NCBI RefSeq assembly: GCF_036321535.1
Contig: NC_087437.1
Coordinates: forward strand, 24,802,001-24,866,000
Source of the DNA: Camelus dromedarius
Taxonomy: Eukaryota
Length of the DNA stretch: 64,000 bases
Direction of reading: 5' to 3'
Positions 1-12,596 of this stretch are shown piece by piece; position 1 is the first letter of the stretch; every line of letters begins with the position of its first letter. The notes under the pieces are model-generated. The model did no database searches, was not told where the DNA came from, and saw only the letters and a list, made by a program, of their open reading frames with translations. The translations under genes were made by a program, and so were the position numbers.

Positions 1-269
1 GTGCCAGGGGCTTGAGCTATTAGGTCCAGCTGTAAGATTTTATCTTCTGTATCTGTCTTGTGGGGTCACTCCACCAACCCTTTGTTTTGATGGATCGTTC
101 CTAACATAGCAGACAGTTTTCCTCTGGGGACTGTCTACACAAATATCATAGGCTCCCATTTTAGGATAATTTTTAGCTGACAGCCTCTCAGCATCTTAGG
201 AGGTCTAGCTATGTGAACGTATGGTATTCTTTTTGCAATAATAAAACAATAATGGCGGAGCTTGTGATG

Positions 270-572
270 ATTGCTGACGTTTACTGAGTGCTGTTCCAGT
301 ATATTTGATTATATTCATTTATTTAATTTATTAATTTGTCAATTTATTTTCTATAGTATATATTAATTCATTGATTTATATTAATTTATTAAAATTTTAC
401 CACAGTCCTATGAATCAGTTGTTATTAACCCCCTTTATACAGATGGAGAGATTGATCCATGAAAAAATGTAAATATCTTGCCCAAGTTTATACAACAGGA
501 AAATGGCAGAGCTGGGACGGCACATAGGCTGTCTTACTCCAGCGTGTTCTCCCTTAATCGCTATGCTATATG
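270..572 (-). mobile_element. MIR SINE, interrupted by an AT-rich tract
   Basis: MIR core in reverse (ccctttatacagatggagagattga...cttgcccaagtt...ggcagagctggga) ending cttaatcgctatgctata, the reverse complement of the MIR 5' end. Confidence 0.75.
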
Positions 573-1878
573 TATCCTAACCAGTATGAACAACTTTCTA
601 TTTTATAATAGTGAAACACAGGAGAAATGAAGTCATTACAAAGTAGTTGCTATGGTGGGTCTTGTAGCAACTGAAAATTTTATGCAAAATCCTTTTTGAT
701 CATCATCTTTCTTTTTTTTCCCACACGTAGCCCATTTGGTATTGAGTCCTTGTCTCTTGATCGTAAGTAATAAAATGGAGAGAGGAAACTCATCAAAAAA
801 TGTTTGATAATGTCTCCCAATATCTGGTAAATGCTGCCCAGCCTCCGTGGTGGCAACCATGCTTTCATTTCTGTACCACTCACCGGATTTCCTTCCCTCT
901 TCTTTATCCTATTTCTACCTCATCAAACTATACCAAAATTGCAGGTGAACATAGTTCTTTGGAAATTAGCTGTTTATACCTGTGCAAAATATTATTTCCT
1001 TCCGAGTACCCAATATCTCAAATTTCTGATCAGCTGCAGACCTAACTTTCAGAAATTTTCTCATATGTTTGAGTTTTATCTTTCTATTCTTGGTTCTGGA
1101 ATAGTATTTTTTTCCTCCTGCTTTTAAATCTCTGAACCATATGCCAAATCTCCATAACTCTATATATTGCTTAATAGTGTAGGGCATACATGTATCAAGA
1201 CTTAATTTGTTGGTGTTCTTTGAATATTTTATAGAGTTGCTTTATCAGCCAATGTCATATGTTCCTCTCTTAAAAAATATAAAGATATCTTTACATTTTA
1301 TCTCATTGTTTTTAGTTAATTACATTTGAGAAATTTAAGACTAACATTTCAGAAAATATTTTAAATGTTTTAAATATAGTAGGTTAAGCTATTAGAAAAT
1401 AGCTATATTCATAAATCATACACTTTCCAAATATTCTAACATAAAAATTCATTCCGTTGAGAAAAGGAGTTAAGAGATTTGAGGGTTTCAGGTCTGTAAG
1501 AAGGCTATATTTCCAGCAAAATTTAAAATAGCAAAATAGCTTTTATTATTGAAAGTTAGAATAATGATTCAAAAAAACAAATCTAGAAACTCTGAATCTT
1601 GAAGTACACTTGGACTGGACCAATGTGAGTGGGTTAAGATGACTAAAACAAAAATAAATTGCTGTATGGCTCACAACATCGACAGCAGACCGAAAAAGAC
1701 AGTGCTGAGAAGGCACCTATTATAATAAAACAGATGTTTATTCCTACAGTGGAGCAAAACAGCTTAAAAATGCTTTCAGTTCTATTTGCTGATTGCCATT
1801 ATGTTATAACCAACTGTGGTCCATACTGCATTTTTTAATTAATTGATTTAACATTTTAGAAAACAACTGTTGGTTTTT

Positions 1879-2272
1879 CAGTAGTGTTCTAGTTTGCAGT
1901 TGCTGATTGCTAAACTTTCAGGAACTTTGAGAATCAGTTGCTAAATCTCGCCATTATTGAAATTTAAGTGATATAAACTTACAGATAAATTGGGTCAGAA
2001 ATACTACAAATTCACTACTTCTTGAATACTTACTACATTTTACTGTTATCTATGTCTTGGGTTTGTGTTTTGTATCTATATAGCAGAAATACTACGTAAT
2101 GGTGTGCACGTGTCTTTCCAACTTCACATTCAGTGATACCACATTGTTCATTCGAAATTGGTTAGTAAGGATCTTTGCACCTCAGAAATCGATGAACTCT
2201 ACAAACTGACACCCTCCAACCCTCCCACCCCACCACCATCTAGAACTGGTTGTTAAACATTGCACACCAATG
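1879..2272 (+). mobile_element. MER63-type hAT-Blackjack DNA transposon
   Basis: Termini cagtagtgt.../...gcacaccaatg; internal matches to recalled MER63B (tttcaggaactttgagaatcagttgctaaa, tactacattttactgttatctatg, ggttgttaaacat). Confidence 0.8.
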
Positions 2273-2824
2273 GCTTTCCTACAAATCAAATTAATATCAT
2301 GAGATTTTACTTCATAATATCAAATCGGTATTTTCAACATTCATAATAAGCATTAACAGGAGATTAGTTGGACTTTATGATCAAGAATAGTTTTATTTTA
2401 AAAATCAGAAACAATAATTAGAATTAATAGATAAACTTGATGCTTAACGTCAATCAATTAACGGGTGGCCAGCCAGCAAATACCGCCAAGCTCTGTGATG
2501 TTGGCTGCAGTGAGGAGTCCATTAGAAATAGCTGTATGTCAGTTTCCAGTTGTGTTGTATGATGTTTTTCTGGATATTGTCTGTGATATAACATAAAGAA
2601 CCCATTTTGGAGGACCGAATGGGCCTGGAGAAATTTTTCTCAAACTTAAATAGATAGAGTTTGCTAAACTGAGAGAGTCTGCTTAGCTATCGTTAAGCTT
2701 TCTCTCATAGAAGTGGTGAATTTTACAGTTGAATATGTCTTCACCTTTAGCTTGACTCTTATGAAACTCAGAAACAAATATGCCAGCCCCCTTAAACAAT
2801 GGCCCAGGGGCATGATCTGCATTT

Positions 2825-2951
2825 TTTTAAATTATATTTTTGAATTTTTGAATTTGTATTTATTGTTTGTTAATGGAAGTACTAGAGATTGAACCCAGGA
2901 CCTTGTGCATGCTAAGCATGCACTCTACCAACTGAGCTATACCCCCCACCC
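2825..2951 (-). mobile_element. tRNA-Ala-derived SINE (camelid Vic-1 type)
   Basis: Minus strand reads ggggggtatagctcagttggtagagtgcatgcttagcatgcacaaggtcctgggttcaatc (A and B boxes) plus an A-rich tail; TSD tgatctg(c/t)attt at 2813-2824 and 2952-2963. Confidence 0.9.
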
Positions 2952-3039
2952 TGATCTGTATTTCTGTGTATCAGCTTTAATATTGGCTCTATTTTACTGT
3001 CCTATCTTTATTTTCTGTTTTACACTCTTTATCTATTTT

Positions 3040-3529
3040 TAGTGGGTCCATGTGAAACTGTCTGACTAGGATCCCTTGGGTGGGAATTTCCCCTGCCACC
3101 CAGCCTCATGGATCTACTTAACCTGATGTAACCTCACTCTTGGCCACAGGTGATTGAGCCCAGACCTAACCTGGACCAAAGGAGTCTCTTTCCTTTGGTT
3201 TGGACTTGGGGCAGAGCGAGGCAAGTCAGTTGCTCTTCAGAGGCTTCTAATAAAATTAAAAGTTGGTGCACTCGATGACCCTGTCGGCCTACCTTGTGGG
3301 CCAAGAACAAAGGAAGGCAGTCAATAGTGAGAGAGCAGACCGCAGTTAAGAAACACTAAGAGAGTGTGTCGACCACATTTGGTTTTGTGTCCACTTGGTC
3401 CTGAGGCAGAGCTGCACTCCTGTATTGAATCTCCGAGCCCTCCTCAAATCCTTATAACAAACATTCTTTTAGGTCATTACTTCTAGGTGCTTTCTTTTTA
3501 CTTGCAAGCAAAAGATTACTGACAATACA
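3040..3529 (+). mobile_element. Old ERVL-MaLR LTR (MLT1J/K/L-like)
   Basis: cttggccacaggtgattg...ggaccaa motif and typical 3' end ttacttgcaagcaaaagattactgacaataca; left boundary approximate. Confidence 0.6.
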
Positions 3530-3855
3530 CTAAATTTTATTCCGTTATATGTATTTTTCTTAGATAACTCTGTCTACTGGTAATGAGGTAGATGTAAATA
3601 AATAAAATATTTATAATCAGTGCTCTGTTATTCTAATGTCTTATATTAACAAAGTTTTCCAAGTGATATTAAGGGAACCACTGTAGGAAGACAAACCTAG
3701 CTACTTCCAATCAAGTACAGGAAAAGTTCTCTATTTCGCTATTCATAGTGAAGAAGAAAATGTTTTTGTAATTTTGCTTTGTGACTCAAAATTTTACAAC
3801 CTCCGCCTCAGCTCCTCCGTCCTTGCATAACCCCCACTCCTCCTATCTAACTTAG

Positions 3856-4422
3856 TGTATTGATTTTCTATTGCTGCTGTAACAGAATTCCTGCAAATTC
3901 AGTGCATTGATACAACACAATTTATTATTTTAAAATTCTATGGTTCAGAATTCGGTTACAGATCTCACCAGACTAACATCAAAGTGTTGGCAGATTGGGT
4001 TCCTTTCTGAGGCTCTAGGAGGGGATCTGTTACCTGTTCATTCAGGTTGTTGGTAAAATTCAGCTCCCTGTGGATACAGATCTGAGATTCCAGTTTCCTT
4101 ACAGGCGGTCAGCTGAGGAGTGCTCCCAGCACCTAGAGGCCATCTGCACCTCTTGGCTCGTAGAATCCTTTCTTCTGTCTTCAAAGTCAGCAATGGCAAG
4201 TGGAGCCCCCCTTACCGCGTGTCTCTCTGACCCACTCCCCTGCCTTCCTCTGCCGTTTTCAAAGACTCGTGTGATTAGATTGAGTCCACCTGGGATCCCG
4301 CATCTCAAAGTCCTGAACCACAGTCACATCAACACGATATGTTTTGCCACATAAGGTAGCGCAGCCTCAGGTTCTGGGAGTTCAGCCGTGGACCTCTTTG
4401 GGGGAGGCATTATTCTGCCGCA
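3856..4422 (-). mobile_element. ERVL-MaLR LTR (MLT1D/E-like)
   Basis: Starts tgtattgattttctattgctgctgtaaca and ends ctttgggggaggcattattctgcc; typical internal motifs (ttctgaggctctagg, cattcaggttgttgg). Confidence 0.85.
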
Positions 4423-6451
4423 CTTGTCTTTGGATTTCTGCCCTTGGGTCATAATGTGGATTTTTCTGTTTCACTCATATAAATGCAAGAGGCCCATTAT
4501 GGCCAGTGCTGGCAGTCTGTCAGTGACATAATGCATGGTTTGGCCCAACAGGGCTGATTCTCACAGGGTTATGCTTCTCTTATCTGCCTCTCCTTCTGTC
4601 CAGCAGTGGCTATTGGCACTAAACCCCATGAACTCCCCCAGCCTAGAGATTACACTCACCACTATTGATTAACTTGAAACTTGCTAAATCCTTTTGCTTC
4701 CTTATCCATCATTCCTTCGAAATCTATTTCTTCCTCTTCCAGTGCTCTCAGCTGATATCCTCATCACCTCTCCCGTGAAATCCTGAAACATAATTATTCT
4801 CTCAGCCTCATATTTCTAAGTGTTCTCCAATACGTTCCCAGCTATTTTCCTTTAATAAAGCTCTTATCATCTCTTGTCTCACATAGTTTGATGGCTCTTT
4901 ATAAACAGTGAGAGTTGTCTATGACCTGACTCCTTTCTATTTGTTTATTTCCATCTTCTTTGTTCCCTTTCTCACACCCTCAACCTATGTATCCCTACTT
5001 CTTTCTGTCCCCTGTTTTACCTGAGCATAGACTGTTTTCCTTCCTTTCAAATTTCTGGTCATTTTCCTCATTCTGAAACCCTGCCATTCTCTTGGTAGAG
5101 TTGCTCATGTCCTCTGAGCCACCACTGTACTTGATAAGTACCTCTTTCTGACATTCTTCATACTGCAAGAGAGAGTTTCCTTTTTTAAATATGTGTGATT
5201 CTCCTTTTGGATTTTACCCCCTTGAAGTTGGTTTCCATGTCCTTTTCGTCTTTGTGTACCAACCAAATAGCACACAGATAGCACACAACAGTGCCAAGTG
5301 ACGGACCTACAGAAGTAACAAGATATGAAAAACCAATTTGGGGAATACATATTTCAAATCCAAACTTTTAGGTATCTAATTAGTGCTGGTCTGGAAACTA
5401 GACCAAAAATTCAGATTTTCCTAACAGTAGAGCTTTCTTAGCAATTGGAAAGAGAGAATCTGTGTCTTTGGAGAGTTTAAGCACCAAATGATAAGGTTCC
5501 TGAAGATTTTAAAGTTACTGAATAAACATGTTACCACCAGTAAAGGATTTACATATTCACAAGAAGCCCATTTTTAATGCTTTTTCATTATATCAGTTAT
5601 AATTAAACTCCTTTATATATGTAATCACGTGGCATGGTATTCGAGACAATGTATTATGGTTCTATGTAAAACCAGTCCTACAGATCTGTACTTCCTGGCT
5701 CTGTTAGTACTTAATCGGTTTCTGGCCACCCACTGAGCTGGCCTGGAAGAAGCTGCCTTTTGATCTCTTTTATGAAATGACCTTTGAGGGCAAAAATAGA
5801 TGAGAATAGACCTTAAAAGGTTTGTTATAAATATTCTGTTTGGCATCATGTATCTTTCCAAAATGCCAGAATAAAACACTTAACTAAAAAGGGTAACTTT
5901 AATGTCTTAGACAAATAAGGCTAAGCCCACCCTGATAGGCTGCTAATAATGTACACTGGTCAAATTTGCCGCAGAATCCCCCACAATTGCCTCGTCTAGG
6001 GGCTAGCGGCAAGCGAGGATGAAGAAACCCCTTCCACACTTGATTACAATACCAGAGCTGATCTTTTATTATTTTAGTGTCCCTTTTGCCCTGTAATCCT
6101 CAGTCTTTGCAGTCTGTGTAGTCAGCCAATGCTCCCATCTGTCATTAGAAGCAACATATGTACTCAGAAGGGAGGAACAGCTCATATTAATGATGCCAAC
6201 CTGCTCTGTCCTTCTTTAATCAGAAAAGGCTTATATAAAGCCTGCGTAAAGGGTGCAGGTGAAGACAGCTTATGACTGCTAAATGTAACGGGTCCTGAGA
6301 CTATTAAAATATGGTGTTTTTTTTTTATTAAGGCTAGATACAAGAACAGCAACTCGGATGAAACACTGTGAGATTTTTCTTGAAAAAAATTATGTAAGGA
6401 GGATTGACTCCTTTCAGTGTTTAGATCTCTGAATCAGATTAGCCAGCCCAC

Positions 6452-6570
6452 TCTCCATCACTTACTCATTCAGCAAACACTTACTGATGACCTACTATGT
6501 GAGAGGCACACGTTGCTAGAAATAGAACAAGGGTCTAAAACTCTCCAGTGATTTATGCTTTATATTCTCA
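6452..6570 (-). mobile_element. L2 LINE 3' end fragment
   Basis: cattcagcaaacacttactgatgacctactatgtgagaggcac matches the reverse of the L2 tail. Confidence 0.6.
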
Positions 6571-9500
6571 CTGTTATAGGTCAAGGTTTCTGTAATTCTT
6601 ACAATGCACAACTGCTGGATTTTCTTTGTGTGCTTATTTCCATCTTTAACTTCTTCTAGAACTGGCTTCTCTTTCAGTTTATTTTTGACCAAATGACCTG
6701 CTTTTGTTGAAGAGGGGCCTACAAGATATAGACCCTCGATTGTACCATCTCTGAGAAAATTGTACCATCTCAAAGAAATTTTGTAAGGAGGTTCATGGTG
6801 GGATAAAGAAAAGTCTTGTCAGGCAGAAAGTTAATGCGATGTTAAAGGTATAGCAAAGACCAGAAGTGTCTGAAATGACTTAAAGGCCTGAACAAGGAAA
6901 TCAGAGGGAAATGAAGCTGTAAAACAATTAAATCATTCACAATAATATACACGAATGGAGAGAGGAATTCTAAAGCAGAATGCAGATCTATAGATATTTC
7001 ATACCTGATCTAAGAAAAGATGACAGCAACTCTAAGAAAAGTTACACCCACACAAACTTCTCTCTCTCAAGATACACCAGGGAGGAAGGCTTATGTAACT
7101 GTAGGAATGAACAACAAATTAAGCCGAAGAAGAAATAAAAGTTGAGAGCAAGGAGGAGGAATATGAGAACATAAAAACTTTATTAGGTAAATGTAAAGAT
7201 AAAGATAAAAATTCTCATTTAAAACAAGTTAAAACTTTGAAACTATAAAGTACCTATCCATAGAGTGCAGCAAACAAGTCAATTATTTGACCTACCTAGA
7301 AAGGCTTTATAATTTCTTTAAGAATATACATATACACACACAGGAATTTTGGAGAAAGCCTATTTAAATTTTATTCCATTTTTTAAATTTTAAATGAATA
7401 AATGATAGTTTGCTAACTTCTGAAATGTTATTTTTAATGTGTATAAACTTAGAAATATCTTAAAACACATTATAAATTCTAATCAGTAATAATACATTTA
7501 AAATTTTGAAAAAAGTTGAAATAATTACTTGTGATTTTAATATGCTAATTTAATCAAAATACCATAAATATGTTAACTTAAATGCATTAACATTTGAAAT
7601 ATTAATGACATATTATTTATTATCTATTAAGTGTCTGAGACCTTACCTGTATGATTTCTGATAATAATTTATGATGTCATTATTCTGTCTTTTATATATA
7701 TTTGCATTTAATTGAATAATCTGTGTCACGAAAGTTAAAGATTTCTTGTGACAGTAGTCATATATTCCACAGGAGATAGAAATTAGCCTCTAAAAATTTA
7801 TTTATTTAATGTGCTTAATAGGTGGAAAGAAGAGAACAGTAGAAAGTTAGTAAAAATCAGCACGGGCTGATTTACAACTTATGGCTCTATTTCACAGCAA
7901 TAGCTATTGCTAGGAACTTAGAGTATATTCTTTTCTTCCCAATGAACACAATGTCTCTATATTTGTACTTTTAAAGTAAAACACACTGTACAATGTGTGC
8001 TGTTTGTGTTTTCTACTCAATATACCATGGATATATTTTCAATTTCAACAAAATAATGGCTGAATAGTTTCCGTATTTTTAAATGTATCATAATTACAAA
8101 TGTATCGATGAGCATTATACTGTTACCAACTTTCGTGTCTCCAACCATTGTCTTCTATATATATCTGTGTACATCCTTAGGCATGTTGAGTCAATATTAT
8201 GCATGTTTAAATTGTTTTTACACACTGGTAAAAGTTGCTCCAAATATTTTACTTATGCAGTCATAAGCCATATAGGACAGTTTTATTTTCCTAAACTCTG
8301 GACAATAGCAGTCATTTCCATTATTTTTAATCTTTTATCCATCTGACTTTGGAAACAAATGACATTTCCCATTAAAATTTCTGATTCTTATTTTTAACTA
8401 GTGGAGAGGTTAAACTTCTTTTTAACCACAAATTTCTTAGTGTATTATAATGCTTCTTTTGTATAGTTTCTTGAAGTGTAGTTGATGTACTTTAGTTTCA
8501 GGTGTACAACTAGCTCCTTTTTTCCACAAAGGTGTTTCTCTACTTTTTGTTTATTTGCAATAACCTTTATATATTAGTAATTTTATCTTTCTCATATATT
8601 TCAAATCTCTTTTTCCATTTCAGCATACAAACTGAAAAATTTTACATCTTTGTTATGCAGTGAACAAAATGTGTCCAACCACAGAACAATAGGGAAATTC
8701 TTATTTTTCACTTTAAATTCAATTGGAAGAAAAAACGTCATGGCAACTGTTTCTGTATTCTCTTTTAAAATAGATCTCTGTAACACTTTGACTTAATTTA
8801 ACATTTCCAAGGTACATTACACATTTGAGGATGGTTGAAGCCCAGTATTAACTTAATTACTTATGCCACTGTTAAATAACAAACTGTTTAAAATTTTGGA
8901 TATTTTCAAAGAATTATAGAAATAAAAGATAGAGCCAAAATAAATAGAATTTAACCTTTGAAAGACTTAATTCTTAATCTCCTACTATGACATTTGATTT
9001 TAGAGACAGAAGGAAAATCTTGATCCTTAGAGATCAATCCACAGGTAGAAATGGCGACCAGTTGTCCTTTCCCCAGGATACCAAAAACCCGTATCAGTGA
9101 GATCATTCACTTCGGTGTGATTTCATTTTACTTCTTTCAATGAGCGGTGTCTTTCTGTTCTGTTTTTATTTGCTGACAGCAGAAAATATGTCTACAGTTC
9201 ATTCACATAATGAATGGGGTGGGAAATTAATTCTGTGGGGACTAAGATTGTTTGGTTTGTCATGAGACCTACTCGACATTTACGGCTTTTTCTCTTTTGT
9301 GCTATTCCAGTGCACTGTTAAAAGATTATGCCATAAATCCGAAAGCATGTTTTGCAAAGTTCATATCTGCATTTGCTACCTTTAATATTAATAGGAGTGT
9401 ATCTTTAAAGTGAGTAAATTGAGAAAGTGGCTGAAACTATAGTTTATAAAAGAAGATTAGTGGGTTTAATATGCACTGGAGAGTAAAAGAAAAATCTTAT

Positions 9501-10349
9501 TACTGTATGGAGAAATTACCTCATAAAGAAGCTAATACAACAGGCTAGGGAGTAATTTTTAACAAGGTTTTTATGATGCGCAAGTGTAGGCAAGTTAATG
9601 AACTTATCTTTCTAGTTATTTTCAGATTGTAACAATGCTCTTCTTTTCTAGTTCTTGTGCTTTAAAAAGTAAAATACATTTAATCACCTACAATAAACCT
9701 AATTCATTACTTTAATAAATCAAGTGCAATCTTATACTGTACACTTAAATATCGTGGCAATAATGCTGGAAACCAGATCAGGTGCTAATGTTTATCCTGG
9801 AATAGAGCTGAAGGTAAGCATGAAGCTTATTTATTATTTAAATTAGTGTCTCATTTTGACAGTGCACAGTCATTTTGGGAAGATTGGATTCCCTTTTCAG
9901 CCATTGGATGCAGGAAGTGGAGACAAAAGAATGAGAAAAATACTTTGTTTTAGTAATCACACACCTCTCTGCAGCACGGCCATTTAGTCTTTGAAGTTCA
10001 TGCAAACAATTCTGAAGAATTGTACATTCAACAGACAGACAGCTTGGGGAGTAATCAATAAATTCAGGATGTCCATCTGCCAGCACCTTGCGTGGAATAG
10101 TTAGGGATTATTTAGGAAGAGTATGTCTGCATTTTCTCTTCTGCTCAAAGGCAAAAGACCAACCGCTGAATCCTTTAATTGTTGAGAACTTACTATCCTG
10201 AAAATGTGATGAATTTCTGAAAATAAAGTGAAGAAAAAGGTAAATGGATAAAGAAATGGTAAGAAAAATAAATCCCTTTGTAATATCTGACTTAAATCAG
10301 ATTTATGGTAACAAGTTCACCATCCATCACTCCAAATTACGGTATACAA

Positions 10350-10350
<1 letters not shown>

Positions 10351-10389
<39 letters not shown>
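10351..10389. repeat. (AC)n microsatellite, ~19 units
   Basis: Perfect dinucleotide run. Confidence 0.98.
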
Positions 10390-10391
<2 letters not shown>

Positions 10392-12360
10392 AGCATCCAA
10401 TTTTAATTTTCGCTTTTCTTCAACATTGGAATATCAGAGAAAATGATTTGAATTAGAATGCCCAGTGTCAAAGTCTACATATGTGCTATGTTAGAATCAG
10501 TACTAGGTTTAGATGAAATGGTCTCTCTTAGATAGCAGGTGCTCCGCTTCTCCTGAATGTATCAACCTGATAACACAGCCTTTTATGGCACCAGTTAGGG
10601 TCCTCGTGCTCTGTCACCAAACCCTGGTTGGGTCCCTTGCAGTAGCTGTGCTGAATGTCAGTCTGTCTGCTGGGCATTTCTTATCTCCTATTAATCTTCA
10701 TCTGTCTCCCAACTAGTATTTATACTTTTCTCTTGGCACTTTCTCTGCTAAATCACAGTGGGTTGTACTGAGTTTAAGTAATTCATGCTACAGTACTAGC
10801 CACCTGATAGATGACCATTTACAGACAGTGAAATACCTGTTTCTTCGTAATCCTCTTGTATGAGGCTGATCATAGCAAATTCAGGCATGGTAGCAGGCTA
10901 GTGGTGACTGTACCATGTTTTCATCAATGTTATTTAAGGTGTCCTTAAATTACCACGTGCAGGTAGCTGCCTCCTCTCAGTTTTTGTGAAGCTGACATTG
11001 CCTGGTAATTAACGTTATATAATAGTGAAATATGCCTGTGTTTAAAAATATGTTTGCTGCACACAAAGTAATTTATAAAATACTTTGTAAAACTGAATAT
11101 ATGTTGCTAATACACGTTCCATGTGCCTATATTTGGAATAAACATAAGTAGAACAATAATGAACTTACTTATTGAACCTAAGAATTCACTGAATTTATTC
11201 TGCCTAGGGATTGGTCTCTGAGTTGCTGAAATTAGATCTCTTACATGATAGCCAAATGATGGCAACCCAACCAACCCAGTTTTCAAAGGTAATAACCTGG
11301 TACAAGGGGAGAATTCCTTGACGCCAGACTATTATTGTTATGATGAAATATGTATGCACTGATGTGTTTTTCCATATTGAGGCACTTTACTACCAAAGAA
11401 ATTTGTGGCTGTTGGAAAGAGTTTGATAGATTATATGTGTCTCCTTCCAAGGTCTTGGAAGATCAGTCAGTGGTGGGAAAAGTGTCACAATAACCTAGAA
11501 GGCAGTCCGGAATGCTTGATCTCTCTCTGGAGATTTGTTTGGGTTGCTGAATAAAATCCCACAGTCAGCATTGAACTGAGATGTCTATATGTAATGTCCA
11601 TCTTTATGCTCTAAACCACTGATTATTTTTTCTCTTAGTCTCCCTGGGTAACTCCTCTCCAAATCGTCAAGACCATCGTCCTGTGGTTGTTCTTGTGTTT
11701 TAAGGGAATGGATATTTTTTGGCGTGTCCTTTCTCTTAAAACAGATTCAGGAAATCCCTCACAAGAGATGAGATATGTACACTGGGATGATGGGCAGGAA
11801 GTAGACAGGAAATTGAAGAGTTAGTAGGTGTGTGCTCCAGGACTGACCATCAGGGGAGCTGGAAATCGAGTTGGTCACTGTGGTTTTGGCAGTGAGGATT
11901 GGGCTGGGCTAGATCTCAGCCGGAAGAGATAAGGGCACTCACTGGTTGGTGAGGTTTGATAGAGACAGTGTTCAGGATGTGGCTGGGAGGAGCTGTCTAA
12001 AGCCTCCAGAAATCAGAGAGGTAACTAGTCAGCAGATGGATAAATGCCTAATGCAATGCTGGGGACTTTCTCAGTAAAAAAATTTAATTCTTATGTAAAA
12101 TCAATAACCTTCATTGTTTATCTCTTAATTCAAAAGAAGTTAATTTCTGAATTTGGGGTGTTTAGGCTTTTAAAATTTTTCTCCCCTGCCTTTCCCTGCT
12201 TTCCCACCTTCCCCCTCCTTCTTTTCCTTCTTGCATCTCTCTTTTTCTTTCTTTCTTTTTGTTTCTTTCTTTCATTATAAGCAACACCAATTGCTGTTTA
12301 GGATACATTCTAGAATATAGTTGCTGAATCACAGTGTATTTTACAAATCAAAGGTCTTTT

Positions 12361-12596
12361 GAAATTAATTAATTAACTAAAAATTTAAACTGAAGTACAG
12401 TCAGTTTACAGTGTGTTCATTTCTGGTGTACAGCATAGGGATTCAGTTATACATATATAGATATATATTCCTTTTCATATTCTTTTTCATTTCAAGATAT
12501 TGAATATAGTTCTCTGTGCTTAACAGTAGGACCTTGCTGTTTATTTTATATGAAGTAGTATCTGCAAACCCCAAACTCCCAATGTATCCCTCCATC
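12361..12596 (-). mobile_element. 5'-truncated cetartiodactyl/camelid L1 3' end, inside an older L1M fragment
   Basis: tgaagtacagtcagtttaca...tctggtgtacagcatag...gatattgaatatagttc; imperfect TSD tcaaaggtctttt (12348-12360) / tcaaaaggctttt (12597-12609). Confidence 0.85.

Noticed and set aside
2875..2948. tRNA-Ala(AGC) gene look-alike
   Set aside because: It has an A-rich tail and TSDs and carries substitutions relative to tRNA-Ala; it is a SINE, not a tRNA gene.
5965..6012. Small GC-rich hairpin (ttgcc...ctag ggg ctagcggcaa)
   Set aside because: Short and bulged, with no match to an ncRNA family that I recognise.
6739..6785. 20-bp-period repeat (attgtaccatctc x2)
   Set aside because: Ordinary short tandem duplication with no spacers; not CRISPR-like.
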